Positions 26,201 through 41,700 of a DNA stretch of 64,000 nucleotides are shown here, piece after piece. The notes under the pieces are model-generated. The model saw only the letters and a program-made list of their open reading frames with translations. It was not told the origin of the DNA and did not search any database. Made by a program: the position numbers and the translations under genes. The DNA comes from the human T2T-CHM13v2.0 reference genome, Homo sapiens, in the NCBI RefSeq assembly GCF_009914755.1, contig NC_060947.1, one strand, 5' to 3'. Numbering within the stretch: position 1 is the stretch's first letter; every line of letters begins with the position of its first letter.

Positions 26201-26740
26201 CATCACAAAGAAGTTTCTGACAATGCTTCTCTCTCGTCTTTCTGTGAAGATAAAGGAAAAGGCTTTCAGGCCTTTTCCACCACAGGCCTGAAAGCGCTCC
26301 AAATGTCCACTTGCAGATTCTGCCAAAAGAATATTTCAAAACTGCTCTATGAAAAGCAATGTTAAACTCTGCGGCTCGAACACAAACATCACAAAGCAGT
26401 TTCTGAGAATGCTTCAGTTTAGTTTTTCTGTGGAAATATTCCCGTTTCCAAAGAAATCTTCAAAGAGGTCCAGGTATCCACTTACAGATTCTACAAAAAG
26501 ACAGTTTCAAAACTGCTCAATCAAAAGGAGGGTTCAACTGTGTGACTTGAATGCAATCATCACTCAGAAGTTTCTGAGAATGCTTCTCTTTAGTTTTTAC
26601 GTGAACATATACCCGTTTCGAACGAAGGCCACCCAGTGGTCCAAATATCCACTTGCAGATTCTACAGAAAGAGTGTTTCGAACCTGAACTCTCAAAGGCA
26701 GGTTCATCTCTGCGAGTTAAATGCATTCATCATGAAGAAC

Positions 26741-29700
26741 TTTCTCAGCGTGTTTGTGTTTAGTTATGGGAAATTATTCCCGTTCCCAACGAAATCCTCA
26801 GAGAGGTCCAAATGTCCACCTGCAGATTCTACCAAAAGTGTATTTGGAAACTGCTCCATCAACAGGCATGTTCAGCTCTGTGAGTGAAACTCCATCATCA
26901 CAAAGAATATTCTGAGAATGCTTCCGTTTGCCTTTTATATGAAGTTCCTTCCTATACGACCGTAGGCCTCAAAGCAGTCCAAATCTCCATTTGCAGATTC
27001 TACAAAAAGAGTGATTCCAATCTGCTCTATCAATAGGATTGTTCAACTCCATGAGTTGAATGCCATCCTCACAAAGTCGTTTCTGAGAATGCTTCTATCT
27101 AGTTTTTATGTGAAGATATTTCCTTTTCCACCACAGGCCTCAAAGCCCTCCAAACGTCCACTTGCAGATTCTCGAAAAAGAGTGTTTCATAGCTGCTCTT
27201 TCAAAAGGAAAGTTCAACTCTGGGAGTTGAATACAAACATCACAAAGTAGTTTCCGAGAATGCTTCTGTTTAGTTCTTATGTGAAGATGATCCCGTTTCC
27301 AGTGAAATCTTCAAAGAGGTCCACATATCCCCTTGCAGATTCCAAAGAAAGAGGGTTTCAAAACTGCTCCATCAAAAGGATTGTTCAACTCTGTGAGTTG
27401 AATGCAGTCATCGCAGAAAACTTTCTGAGAATGCTTCTGTCTAGGTTTGATGTGAAGATATAGACGTTTCAAACGAAGGCTACAAAGTGGTCAAAATATA
27501 CACTTCCAGATTCTACTACAAGGGTGTTGCAAACCTGAACTATCAAAGCAAGGTTCAACTCTGTGAGTTGAATACAAACATCGCAAAGAATGCTCTGAGT
27601 TTGCTTCCGTTCAGTTATGGGAAGTTGATCCCGTTCCCAACGAAATCCTCAAAGAGGTCCAAATATCCCCTTGCAGATTCTACAAAACGTGTGTTTGGAA
27701 ACTGCTCCATCATAACGAATGTTCAGCTCTCTGAGTTAAACTCCATCGTCACAAAGAATTTTCTGAGAGTGCTACCGTCTAGTTTTTATATGAAGTTCTT
27801 TCCTTTACTACCACAGGCCTCAAAGCAGTCCAAATCTCCACTTGCAGATTCTACAAAAAGAGTGTCTGCAAACTGCTCTATCAAAAGGAATGTTCAACTC
27901 TGGGAGTTGAATGCAATCATCACAGAGCAGTTTCTGAGAATGCTTCTATGTCGTTTTTAGGAGAAGATATTTCCTTTTCCAACACAGTCCTCCAAGCCCG
28001 CTAAATATCCACTTGCACATTGTAGAAAAAGTGTGTCGAAGCTGCGCTATCAAAGGGAAAGTTCAACTCTCTGAGGTGAATGCAAACATCCCAAAGAAGT
28101 TTCTGAGAATGCTTCCGTTTAGCTTTTAGGTGAAGATTATCCCGTTTCCAACGAAATCTTCACAGAGGTCCAAATATCCCCTTGCGGATCCCACAGAAAG
28201 AGTGTTTCGAAACTGCTGTTTCAAAAGGAATCTTCAACTCTGTGAGTTGAATGCAATCATCACAAAGAAGTTTCTGACAATGCTTCTCTCTCGTCTTTCT
28301 GTGAAGATAAAGGAAAAGGCTTTCAGGCCTTTGCCACCACAGGCCTGAAAGCGCTCCAAATGTCCACTTGCAGATTCTGCCAAAAGAATATTTCAAAACT
28401 GCTCTATGAAAAGCAATGTTAAACTCTGCGGCTCGAACACAAACATCACAAAGCAGTTTCTGAGAATGCTTCAGTTTAGTTTTTCTGTGGAAATATTCCC
28501 GTTTCCAAAGAAATCTTCAAAGAGGTCCACGTATCCACTTACAGATTCTACAAAAAGACAGTTTCAAAACTGCTCAATCAAAAGGAGGGTTCAACTGTGT
28601 GACGTGAATGCAATCATCACTCAGAAGTTTCTGAGAATGCTTCTCTTTAGTTTTTACGTGAACATATACCCGTTTCGAACGAAGGCCACCCAGTGGTCCA
28701 AATATCCACTTGCAGATTCTACAGAAAGAGTGTTTCGAACCTGAACTCTCAAAGGCAGGTTCATCTCTGCGAGTTAAATGCATTCGTCATGAAGAACTTT
28801 CTCAGCGTGTTTGTGTTTAGTTATGGGAAATTATTCCCGTTCCCAACGAAATCCTCAGAGAGGTCCAAATGTCCACCTGCAGATTCTACCAAAAGTGTAT
28901 TTGGAAACTGCTCCATCAACAGGCATGTTCAGCTCTGTGAGTGAAACTCCATCATCACAAAGAATATTCTGAGAATGCTTCCGTTTGCCTTTTATATGAA
29001 GTTCCTTCCTATACGACCGTAGGCCTCAAAGCAGTCTAAATCTACATTTGCAGATTCTACAAAAAGAGTGATTCCAATCTGCTCTATCAATAGGATTGTT
29101 CAACTCCATGAGTTGAATGCCATCCTCACAAAGTCGTTTCTGAGAATGCTTCTATCTAGTTTTTATGTGAAGATATTTCCTTTTCCACCACAGGCCTCAA
29201 AGCCCTCCAAACGTCCACTTGCAGATTCTCGAAAAAGAGTGTTTCATAGCTGCTCTTTCAAAAGGAAAGTTCAACTCTGGGAGTTGAATACAAACATCAC
29301 AAAGTAGTTTCAGAGAATGCTTCTGTTTAGTTCTTATGTGAAGATGATCCCCTTTCCAGTGAAATCTCCAAAGAGGTCCACATATCCCCTTGCAGATTCC
29401 TAAGAAAGAGGGTTTCAAAACTGCTCCATCAAAAGGATTGTTCAACTCTGTGAGTTGAATGCAGTCATCGCAGAAAACTTTCTGAGAATGCTTCTGTCTA
29501 GGTTTGATGTGAAGATATAGACGTTTCAAACGAAGGCTACAAAGTGGTCAAAATATACACTTGCAGATTCTACTACAAGGGTGTTGCAAACCTGAACTAT
29601 CAAAGCAAGGTTCAACTCTGTGAGTTGAATACAAACATCGCAAAGAATGCTCTGAGTTTGCTTCCGTTCAGTTATGGGAAGTTGATCCCGTTCCCAACGA

Positions 29701-32700
29701 AATCCTCAGAGAGGTCCAAATATCCCCTTGCAGATTCTACAAAACGTGTGTTTGGAAACTGCTCCATCATAACGAATGTTCAGCTCTCTGAGTTAAACTC
29801 CATCGTCACAAAGAATTTTCTGAGAGTGCTACCGTCTAGTTTTTATATGAAGTTCTTTCCTTTACTACCACAGGCCTCAAAGCGGTCCAAATCTCCACTT
29901 GCAGATTCTACAAAAAGAGTGTCTGCAAACTGCTCTATCAAAAGGAATGTTCAACTCTGGGAGTTGAATGCAATCATCACAGAGCAGTTTCTGAGAATGC
30001 TTCTATGTCGTTTTTAGGAGAAGATATTTCCTTTTCCAACACAGTCCTCCAAGCCCGCTAAATATCCACTTGCACATTGTAGAAAAAGTGTGTCGAAGCT
30101 GTGCTATCAAAGGGAAAGTTCAACTCTGTGAGGTGAATGCAAACAACCCAAAGAAGTTTCTGAGAATGCTTCCGTTTAGCTTTTAGGTGAAGATTATCCC
30201 GTTTGCAACGAAATCTTCAAAGAGGTCCAAATATCCCCTTGCGGATCCCACAGAAAGATTGTTTCGAAACTGCTGTTTCAAAAGGAATCTTCAACTCTGT
30301 GAGTTGAATGCAATCATCACAAAGAAGTTTCTGACAATGCTTCTCTCTCGTCTTTCTGTGAAGATAAAGGAAAAGGCTTTCAGGCCTTTTCCACCACAGG
30401 CCTGAAAGCGCTCCAAATGTCCACTTGCAGATTCTGCCAAAAGAATATTTCAAAACTGCTCTATGAAAAGCAATGTTAAACTCTGCGGCTCGAACACAAA
30501 CATCACAAAGCAGTTTCTGAGAATGCTTCAGTTTAGTTTTTCTGTGGAAATATTCCCGTTTCCAAAGAAATCTTCAAAGAGGTCCACGTATCCACTTACA
30601 GATTCTACAAAAAGACAGTTTCAAAACTGCTCAATCAAAAGGAGGGTTCAACTGTGTGACTTGAATGCAATCATCACTCAGAAGTTTCTGAGAATGCTTC
30701 TCTTTAGTTTTTACGTGAACATATACCCGTTTCGAACGAAGGCCACCCAGTGGTCCAAATATCCACTTGCAGATTCTACAGAAAGAGTGTTTCGAACCTG
30801 AACTCTCAAAGGCAGGTTCATCTCTGCGAGTTAAATGCATTCGTCATGAAGAACTTTCTCAGCGTGTTTGTGTTTAGTTATGGGAAATTATTCCCGTTCC
30901 CAACGAAATCCTCAGAGAGGTCCAAATGTCCACCTGCAGATTCTACCAAAAGTGTATTTGGAAACTGCTCCATCAACAGGCATGTTCAGCTCTGTGAGTG
31001 AAACTCCATCATCACAAAGAATATTCTGAGAATGCTTCCGTTTGCCTTTTATATGAAGTTCCTTCCTATACGACCGTAGGCCTCAAAGCAGTCCAAATCT
31101 CCATTTGCAGATTCTACAAAAAGAGTGATTCCAATCTGCTCTATCAATAGGATTGTTCAACTCCATGAGTTGAATGCCATCCTCACAAAGTCGTTTCTGA
31201 GAATGCTTCTATCTAGTTTTTATGTGAAGATATTTCCTTTTCCACCACAGGCCTCAAAGCCCTCCAAACGTCCACTTGCAGATTCTCGAAAAAGAGTGTT
31301 TCATAGCTGCTCTTTCAAAAGGAAAGTTCAACTCTGGGAGTTGAATACAAACATCACAAAGTAGTTTCCGAGAATGCTTCTGTTTAGTTCTTATGTGAAG
31401 ATGATCCCGTTTCCAGTGAAATCTTCAAAGAGGTCCACATATCCCCTTGCAGATTCCAAAGAAAGAGGGTTTCAAAACGGCTCCATCAAAAGGATTGTTC
31501 AACTCTGTGAGTTGAATGCAGTCATCGCAGAAAACTTTCTGAGAATGCTTCTGTCTAGGTTTAATGTGAAGACATAGACGTTTCAAACGAAGGCTACAAA
31601 CTGGTCAAAATATACACTTGCAGATTGTACTACAAGGGTGTTGCAAACCTGAACTATCAAAGGAAGTTTCAACTCTGTGAGTTGAATACAAACATCGCAA
31701 AGAATGCTCTGAGTTTGCTTCCGTTCAGTTATGGGAAGTTGATCCCGTTCCCAACGAAATCCTCAGAGAGGTCCAAATATCCCCTTGCAGATTCTACAAA
31801 ACGTGTGTTTGGAAACTGCTCCATCATAACGAATGTTCAGCTCTCTGAGTTAAACTCCATCGTCCCAAAGAATTTTCTGAGAGTGCTACCGTCTAGTTTT
31901 TATATGAAGTTCTTTCCTTTAATACCACAGGCCTCAAAGCGGTCCAAATCTCCACTTGCAGATTCTACAAAAAGAGTGTCTGCAAACTGCTCTATCAAAA
32001 GGAATGTTCAACTCTGGGAGTTGAATGCAATCATCACAGAGCAGTTTCTGAGAATGTTTCTATGTCGTTTTTAGGAGAAGATATTTCCTTTTCCAACACA
32101 GTCCTCCAAGCCCGCTAAATATCCACTTGCACATTGTAGAAAAAGTGTGTCGAAGCTGCGCTATCAAAGGGAAAGTTCAACTCTGTGAGGTGAATGCAAA
32201 CATCCCAAAGAAGTTTCTGAGAATGCTTCCGTTTAGCTTTTAGGTGAAGATTATCCCGTTTGCAACGAAATCTTCAAAGAGGTCCAAATATCCCCTTGCG
32301 GATCCCACAGAAAGAGTGTTTTGAAACTGCTGTTTCAAAAGGAATCTTCAACTCTGTGAGTTGAATGCAATCATCACAAAGAAGTTTCTGACAATGCTTC
32401 TCTCTCGTCTTTCTGTGAAGATAAAGGAAAAGGCTTTCAGGCCTTTTCCACCACAGGCCTGAAAGCGCTCCAAATGTCCACTTGCAGATTCTGCCAAAAG
32501 AATATTTCAAAACTGCTCTATGAAAAGCAATGTTAAACTCTGCGGCTCGAACACAAACATCACAAAGCAGTTTCTGAGAATGCTTCAGTTTAGTTTTTCT
32601 GTGGAAATATTCCCGTTTCCAAAGAAATCTTCAAAGAGGTCCACGTATCCACTTACAGATTCTACAAAAAGACAGTTTCAAAACTGCTCAATCAAAAGGA

Positions 32701-35700
32701 GGGTTCAACTGTGTGACTTGAATGCAATCATCACTCAGAAGTTTCTGAGAATGCTTCTCTTTAGTTTTTACGTGAACATATACCCGTTTCGAACGAAGGC
32801 CACCCAGTGGTCCAAATATCCACTTGCAGATTCTACAGAAAGAGTGTTTCGAACCTGAACTCTCAAAGGCAGGTTCATCTCTGCGAGTTAAATGCATTCG
32901 TCATGAAGAACTTTCTCAGCGTGTTTGTGTTTAGTTATGGGAAATTATTCCCGTTCCCAACGAAATCCTCAGAGAGGTCCAAATGTCCACCTGCAGATTC
33001 TACCAAAAGTGTATTTGGAAACTGCTCCATCAACAGGCATGTTCAGCTCTGTGAGTGAAACTCCATCATCACAAAGAATATTCTGAGAATGCTTCCGTTT
33101 GCCTTTTATATGAAGTTCCTTCCTATACGACCGTAGGCCTCAAAGCAGTCCAAATCTCCATTTGCAGATTCTACAAAAAGAGTGATTCCAATCTGCTCTA
33201 TCAATAGGATTGTTCAACTCCATGAGTTGAATGCCATCCTCACAAAGTCGTTTCTGAGAATGCTTCTATCTAGTTTTTATGTGAAGATATTTCCTTTTCC
33301 ACCACAGGCCTCAAAGTCCTCCAAACGTCCACTTGCAGATTCTCGAAAAAGAGTGTTTCATAGCTGCTCTTTCAAAAGGAAAGTTCAACTCTGGGAGTTG
33401 AATACAAACATCACAAAGTAGTTTCCGAGAATGCTTCTGTTTAGTTCTTATGTGAAGATGATCCCGTTTCCAGTGAAATCTTCAAAGAGGTCCACATATC
33501 CCCTTGCAGATTCCAAAGAAAGAGGGTTTCAAAACTGCTCCATCAAAAGGATTGTTCAACTCTGTGAGTTGAATGCAGTCATCGCAGAAAACTTTCTGAG
33601 AATGCTTCTGTCTAGGTTTAATGTGAAGACATAGACGTTTCAAACGAAGGCTACAAACTGGTCAAAATATACACTTGCAGATTGTACTACAAGGGTGTTG
33701 CAAACCTGAACTATCAAAGGAAGTTTCAACTCTGTGAGTTGAATACAAACATCGCAAAGAATGCTCTGAGTTTGCTTCCGTTCAGTTATGGGAAGTTGAT
33801 CCCGTTCCCAACGAAATCCTCAGAGAGGTCCAAATATCCCCTTGCAGATTCTACAAAACGTGTGTTTGGAAACTGCTCCATCATAACGAATGTTCAGCTC
33901 CCTGAGTTAAACTCCATCGTCCCAAAGAATTTTCTGAGAGTGCTACCGTCTAGTTTTTATATGAAGTTCTTTCCTTTACTACCACAGGCCTCAAAGCGGT
34001 CCAAATCTCCACTTGCAGATTCTACAAAAAGAGTGTCTGCAAACTGCTCTATCAAAAGGAATGTTCAACTCTGGGAGTTGAATGCAATCATCACAGAGCA
34101 GTTTCTGAGAATGCTTCTATGTCGTTTTTAGGAGAAGATATTTCCTTTTCCAACACAATCCTCCAAGCCCGCTAAATATCCACTTGCACATTGTAGAAAA
34201 AGTGTGTCGAAGCTGCGCTATCAAAGGGAAAGTTCAACTCTGTGAGGTGAATGCAAACATCCCAAAGAAGTTTCTGAGAATGCTTCCGTTTAGCTTTTAG
34301 GTGAAGATTATCCCGTTTCCAACGAAATCTTCAAAGAGGTCCAAATATCCCCTTGCGGATCCCACAGAAAGAGTGTTTCGAAACTGCTGTTTCAAAAGGA
34401 ATCTTCAACTCTGTGAGTTGAATGCAATCATCACAAAGAAGTTTCTGACAATGCTTCTCTCTCGTCTTTCTGTGAAGATAAAGGAAAAGGCTTTCAGGCC
34501 TTTTCCACCACAGGCCTGAAAGCGCTCCAAATGTCCACTTGCAGATTCTGCCAAAAGAATATTTCAAAACTGCTCTATGAAAAGCAATGTTAAACTCTGC
34601 GGCTCGAACACAAACATCACAAAGCAGTTTCTGTGAATGCTTCAGTTTAGTTTTTCTGTGGAAATATTCCCGTTTCCAAAGAAATCTTCAAAGAGGTCCA
34701 CGTATCCACTTACAGATTCTACAAAAAGACAGTTTCAAAACTGCTCAATCAAAAGGAGGGTTCAACTGTGTGACTTGAATGCAATCATCACTCAGAAGTT
34801 TCTGAGAATGCTTCTCTTTAGTTTTTACGTGAACATATACCCGTTTCGAACGAAGGCCACCCAGTGGTCCAAATATCCACTTGCAGATTCTACAGAAAGA
34901 GTGTTTCGAACCTGAACTCTCAAAGGCAGGTTCATCTCTGAGAGTTAAATGCATTCATCATGAAGAACTTTCTCAGCGTGTTTGTGTTTAGTTATGGGAA
35001 ATTATTCCCGTTCCCAACGAAATCCTCAGAGAGGTCCAAATGTCCACCTGCAGATTCTACCAAAAGTGTATTTGGAAACTGCTCCATCAACAGGCATGTT
35101 CAGCTCTGTGAGTGAAACTCCATCATCACAAAGAATATTCTGAGAATGCTTCCGTTTGCCTTTTATATGAAGTTCCTTCCTATACGACCGTAGGCCTCAA
35201 AGCAGTCCAAATCTCCATTTGCAGATTCTACAAAAAGAGTGATTCCAATCTGCTCTATCAATAGGATTGTTCAACTCCATGAGTTGAATGCCATCCTCAC
35301 AAAGTCGTTTCTGAGAATGCTTCTATCTAGTTTTTATGTGAAGATATTTCCTTTTCCACCACAGGCCTCAAAGCCCTCCAAACGTCCACTTGCAGATTCT
35401 CGAAAAAGAGTGTTTCATAGCTGCTCTTTCAAAAGGAAAGTTCAACTCTGGGAGTTGAATACAAACATCACAAAGTAGTTTCCGAGAATGCTTCTGTTTA
35501 GTTCTTATGTGAAGATGATCCCGTTTCCAGTGAAATCTTCAAAGAGGTCCACATATCCCCTTGCAGATTCCAAAGAAAGAGGGTTTCAAAACTGCTCCAT
35601 CAAAAGGATTGTTCAACTCTGTGAGTTGAATGCAGTCATCGCAGAAAACTTTCTGAGAATGCTTCTGTCTAGGTTTGATGTGAAGATATAGACGTTTCAA

Positions 35701-38700
35701 ACGAAGGCTACAAAGTGGTCAAAATATACACTTGCAGATTCTACTACAAGGGTGTTGCAAACCTGAACTATCAAAGCAAGGTTCAACTCTGTGAGTTGAA
35801 TACAAACATCGCAAAGAATGCTCTGAGTTTGCTTCCGTTCAGTTATGGGAAGTTGATCCCGTTCCCAACGAAATCCTCAGAGAGGTCCAAATATCCCCTT
35901 GCAGATTCTACAAAACGTGTGTTTGGAAACTGCTCCATCATAACGAATGTTCAGCTCTCTGAGTTAAACTCCATCGTCACAAAGAATTTTCTGAGAGTGC
36001 TACCGTCTAGTTTTTATATGAAGTTCTTTCCTTTACTACCACAGGCCTCAAAGCAGTCCAAATCTCCACTTGCAGATTCTACAAAAAGAGTGTCTGCAAA
36101 CTGCTCTATCAAAAGGAATGTTCAACTCTGGGAGTTGAATGCAATCATCACAGAGCAGTTTCTGAGAATGCTTCTATGTCGTTTTTAGGAGAAGATATTT
36201 CCTTTTCCAACACAGTCCTCCAAGCCCGCTAAATATCCACTTGCACATTGTAGAAAAAGTGTGTCAAAGCTGCGCTATCAAAGGGAAAGTTCAACTCTCT
36301 GAGGTGAATGCAAACATCCCAAAGAAGTTTCTGAGAATGCTTCCGTTTAGCTTTTAGGTGAAGATTATCCCGTTTCCAACGAAATCTTCACAGAGGTCCA
36401 AATATCCCCTTGCGGATCCCACAGAAAGAGTGTTTCGAAACTGCTGTTTCAAAAGGAATCTTCAACTCTGTGAGTTGAATGCAATCATCACAAAGAAGTT
36501 TCTGACAATGCTTCTCTCTCGTCTTTCTGTGAAGATAAAGGAAAAGGCTTTCAGGCCTTTGCCACCACAGGCCTGAAAGCGCTCCAAATGTCCACTTGCA
36601 GATTCTGCCAAAAGAATATTTCAAAACTGCTCTATGAAAAGCAATGTTAAACTCTGCGGCTCGAACACAAACATCACAAAGCAGTTTCTGAGAATGCTTC
36701 AGTTTAGTTTTTCTGTGGAAATATTCCCGTTTCCAAAGAAATCTTCAAAGAGGTCCACGTATCCACTTACAGATTCTACAAAAAGACAGTTTCAAAACTG
36801 CTCAATCAAAAGGAGGGTTCAACTGTGTGACGTGAATGCAATCATCACTCAGAAGTTTCTGAGAATGCTTCTCTTTAGTTTTTACGTGAACATATACCCG
36901 TTTCGAACGAAGGCCACCCAGTGGTCCAAATATCCACTTGCAGATTCTACAGAAAGAGTGTTTCGAACCTGAACTCTCAAAGGCAGGTTCATCTCTGCGA
37001 GTTAAATGCATTCGTCATGAAGAACTTTCTCAGCGTGTTTGTGTTTAGTTATGGGAAATTATTCCCGTTCCCAACGAAATCCTCAGAGAGGTCCAAATGT
37101 CCACCTGCAGATTCTACCAAAAGTGTATTTGGAAACTGCTCCATCAACAGGCATGTTCAGCTCTGTGAGTGAAACTCCATCATCACAAAGAATATTCTGA
37201 GAATGCTTCCGTTTGCCTTTTATATGAAGTTCCTTCCTATACGACCGTAGGCCTCAAAGCAGTCTAAATCTCCATTTGCAGATTCTACAAAAAGAGTGAT
37301 TCCAATCTGCTCTATCAATAGGATTGTTCAACTCCATGAGTTGAATGCCATCCTCACAAAGTCGTTTCTGAGAATGCTTCTATCTAGTTTTTATGTGAAG
37401 ATATTTCCTTTTCCACCACAGGCCTCAAAGCCCTCCAAACGTCCACTTGCAGATTCTCGAAAAAGAGTGTTTCATAGCTGCTCTTTCAAAAGGAAAGTTC
37501 AACTCTGGGAGTTGAATACAAACATCACAAAGTAGTTTCAGAGAATGCTTCTGTTTAGTTCTTATGTGAAGATGATCCCCTTTCCAGTGAAATCTCCAAA
37601 GAGGTCCACATATCCCCTTGCAGATTCCAAAGAAAGAGGGTTTCAAAACTGCTCCATCAAAAGGATTGTTCAACTCTGTGAGTTGAATGCAGTCATCGCA
37701 GAAAACTTTCTGAGAATGCTTCTGTCTAGGTTTGATGTGAAGATATAGACGTTTCAAACGAAGGCTACAAAGTGGTCAAAATATACACTTGCAGATTCTA
37801 CTACAAGGGTGTTGCAAACCTGAACTATCAAAGCAAGGTTCAACTCTGTGAGTTGAATACAAACATCGCAAAGAATGCTCTGAGTTTGCTTCCGTTCAGT
37901 TATGGGAAGTTGATCCCGTTCCCAACGAAATCCTCAGAGAGGTCCAAATATCCCCTTGCAGATTCTACAAAACGTGTGTTTGGAAACTGCTCCATCATAA
38001 CGAATGTTCAGCTCTCTGAGTTAAACTCCATCGTCACAAAGAATTTTCTGAGAGTGCTACCGTCTAGTTTTTATATGAAGTTCTTTCCTTTACTACCACA
38101 GGCCTCAAAGCGGTCCAAATCTCCACTTGCAGATTCTACAAAAAGAGTGTCTGCAAACTGCTCTATCAAAAGGAATGTTCAACTCTGGGAGTTGAATGCA
38201 ATCATCACAGAGCAGTTTCTGAGAATGCTTCTATGTCGTTTTTAGGAGAAGATATTTCCTTTTCCAACACAGTCCTCCAAGCCCGCTAAATATCCACTTG
38301 CACATTGTAGAAAAAGTGTGTCGAAGCTGTGCTATCAAAGGGAAAGTTCAACTCTGTGAGGTGAATGCAAACAACCCAAAGAAGTTTCTGAGAATGCTTC
38401 CGTTTAGCTTTTAGGTGAAGATTATCCCGTTTGCAACGAAATCTTCAAAGAGGTCCAAATATCCCCTTGCGGATCCCACAGAAAGATTGTTTCGAAACTG
38501 CTGTTTCAAAAGGAATCTTCAACTCTGTGAGTTGAATGCAATCATCACAAAGAAGTTTCTGACAATGCTTCTCTCTCGTCTTTCTGTGAAGATAAAGGAA
38601 AAGGCTTTCAGGCCTTTTCCACCACAGGCCTGAAAGCGCTCCAAATGTCCACTTGCAGATTCTGCCAAAAGAATATTTCAAAACTGCTCTATGAAAAGCA

Positions 38701-41700
38701 ATGTTAAACTCTGCGACTCGAACACAAACATCACAAAGCAGTTTCTGAGAATGCTTCAGTTTAGTTTTTCTGTGGAAATATTCCCGTTTCCAAAGAAATC
38801 TTCAAAGAGGTCCACGTATCCACTTACAGATTCTACAAAAAGACAGTTTCAAAACTGCTCAATCAAAAGGAGGGTTCAACTGTGTGACTTGAATGCAATC
38901 ATCACTCAGAAGTTTCTGAGAATGCTTCTCTTTAGTTTTTACGTGAACATATACCCGTTTCGAACGAAGGCCACCCAGTGGTCCAAATATCCACTTGCAG
39001 ATTCTACAGAAAGAGTGTTTCGAACCTGAACTCTCAAAGGCAGGTTCATCTCTGCGAGTTAAATGCATTCGTCATGAAGAACTTTCTCAGCGTGTTTGTG
39101 TTTAGTTATGGGAAATTATTCCCGTTCCCAACGAAATCCTCAGAGAGGTCCAAATGTCCACCTGCAGATTCTACCAAAAGTGTATTTGGAAACTGCTCCA
39201 TCAACAGGCATGTTCAGCTCTGTGAGTGAAACTCCATCATCACAAAGAATATTCTGAGAATGCTTCCGTTTGCCTTTTATATGAAGTTCCTTCCTATACG
39301 ACCGTAGGCCTCAAAGCAGTCCAAATCTCCATTTGCAGATTCTACAAAAAGAGTGATTCCAATCTGCTCTATCAATAGGATTGTTCAACTCCATGAGTTG
39401 AATGCCATCCTCACAAAGTCGTTTCTGAGAATGCTTCTATCTAGTTTTTATGTGAAGATATTTCCTTTTCCACCACAGGCCTCAAAGCCCTCCAAACGTC
39501 CACTTGCAGATTCTCGAAAAAGAGTGTTTCATAGCTGCTCTTTCAAAAGGAAAGTTCAACTCTGGGAGTTGAATACAAACATCACAAAGTAGTTTCCGAG
39601 AATGCTTCTGTTTAGTTCTTATGTGAAGATGATCCCGTTTCCAGTGAAATCTTCAAAGAGGTCCACATATCCCCTTGCAGATTCCAAAGAAAGAGGGTTT
39701 CAAAACTGCTCCATCAAAAGGATTGTTCAACTCTGTGAGTTGAATGCAGTCATCGCAGAAAACTTTCTGAGAATGCTTCTGTCTAGGTTTAATGTGAAGA
39801 CATAGACGTTTCAAACGAAGGCTACAAACTGGTCAAAATATACACTTGCAGATTGTACTACAAGGGTGTTGCAAACCTGAACTATCAAAGGAAGTTTCAA
39901 CTCTGTGAGTTGAATACAAACATCGCAAAGAATGCTCTGAGTTTGCTTCCGTTCAGTTATGGGAAGTTGATCCCGTTCCCAACGAAATCCTCAGAGAGGT
40001 CCAAATATCCCCTTGCAGATTCTACAAAACGTGTGTTTGGAAACTGCTCCATCATAACGAATGTTCAGCTCTCTGAGTTAAACTCCATCGTCCCAAAGAA
40101 TTTTCTGAGAGTGCTACCGTCTAGTTTTTATATGAAGTTCTTTCCTTTACTACCACAGGCCTCAAAGCGGTCCAAATCTCCACTTGCAGATTCTACAAAA
40201 AGAGTGTCTGCAAACTGCTCTATCAAAAGGAATGTTCAACTCTGGGAGTTGAATGCAATCATCACAGAGCAGTTTCTGAGAATGTTTCTATGTCGTTTTT
40301 AGGAGAAGATATTTCCTTTTCCAACACAGTCCTCCAAGCCCGCTAAATATCCACTTGCACATTGTAGAAAAAGTGTGTCGAAGCTGCGCTATCAAAGGGA
40401 AAGTTCAACTCTGTGAGGTGAATGCAAACATCCCAAAGAAGTTTCTGAGAATGCTTCCGTTTAGCTTTTAGGTGAAGATTATCCCGTTTGCAACGAAATC
40501 TTCAAAGAAGTCCAAATATCCCCTTGCGGATCCCACAGAAAGAGTGTTTTGAAACTGCTGTTTCAAAAGGAATCTTCAACTCTGTGAGTTGAATGCAATC
40601 ATCACAAAGAAGTTTCTGACAATGCTTCTCTCTCGTCTTTCTGTGAAGATAAAGGAAAAGGCTTTCAGGCCTTTTCCACCACAGGCCTGAAAGCGCTCCA
40701 AATGTCCACTTGCAGATTCTGCCAAAAGAATATTTCAAAACTGCTCTATGAAAAGCAATGTTAAACTCTGCGGCTCGAACACAAACATCACAAAGCAGTT
40801 TCTGAGAATGCTTCAGTTTAGTTTTTCTGTGGAAATATTCCCGTTTCCAAAGAAATCTTCAAAGAGGTCCACGTATCCACTTACAGATTCTACAAAAAGA
40901 CAGTTTCAAAACTGCTCAATCAAAAGGAGGGTTCAACTGTGTGACTTGAATGCAATCATCACTCAGAAGTTTCTGAGAATGCTTCTCTTTAGTTTTCACG
41001 TGAACATATACCCGTTTCGAACGAAGGCCACCCAGTGGTCCAAATATCCACTTGCAGATTCTACAGAAAGAGTGTTTCGAACCTGAACTCTCAAAGGCAG
41101 GTTCATCTCTGCGAGTTAAATGCATTCGTCATGAAGAACTTTCTCAGCGTGTTTGTGTTTAGTTATGGGAAATTATTCCCGTTCCCAACGAAATCCTCAG
41201 AGAGGTCCAAATGTCCACCTGCAGATTCTACCAAAAGTGTATTTGGAAACTGCTCCATCAACAGGCATGTTCAGCTCTGTGAGTGAAACTCCATCATCAC
41301 AAAGAATATTCTGAGAATGCTTCCGTTTGCCTTTTATATGAAGTTCCTTCCTATACGACCGTAGGCCTCAAAGCAGTCCAAATCTCCATTTGCAGATTCT
41401 ACAAAAAGAGTGATTCCAATCTGCTCTATCAATAGGATTGTTCAACTCCATGAGTTGAATGCCATCCTCACAAAGTCGTTTCTGAGAATGCTTCTATCTA
41501 GTTTTTATGTGAAGATATTTCCTTTTCCACCACAGGCCTCAAAGCCCTCCAAACGTCCACTTGCAGATTCTCGAAAAAGAGTGTTTCATAGCTGCTCTTT
41601 CAAAAGGAAAGTTCAACTCTGGGAGTTGAATACAAACATCACAAAGTAGTTTCCGAGAATGCTTCTGTTTAGTTCTTATGTGAAGATGATCCCGTTTCCA

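Noticed and set aside
29197-29529. 110 aa minus-strand ORF present only in some units
   Set aside because: It arises from point variants that remove a stop codon in B-type HORs; useful only as a haplotype marker.
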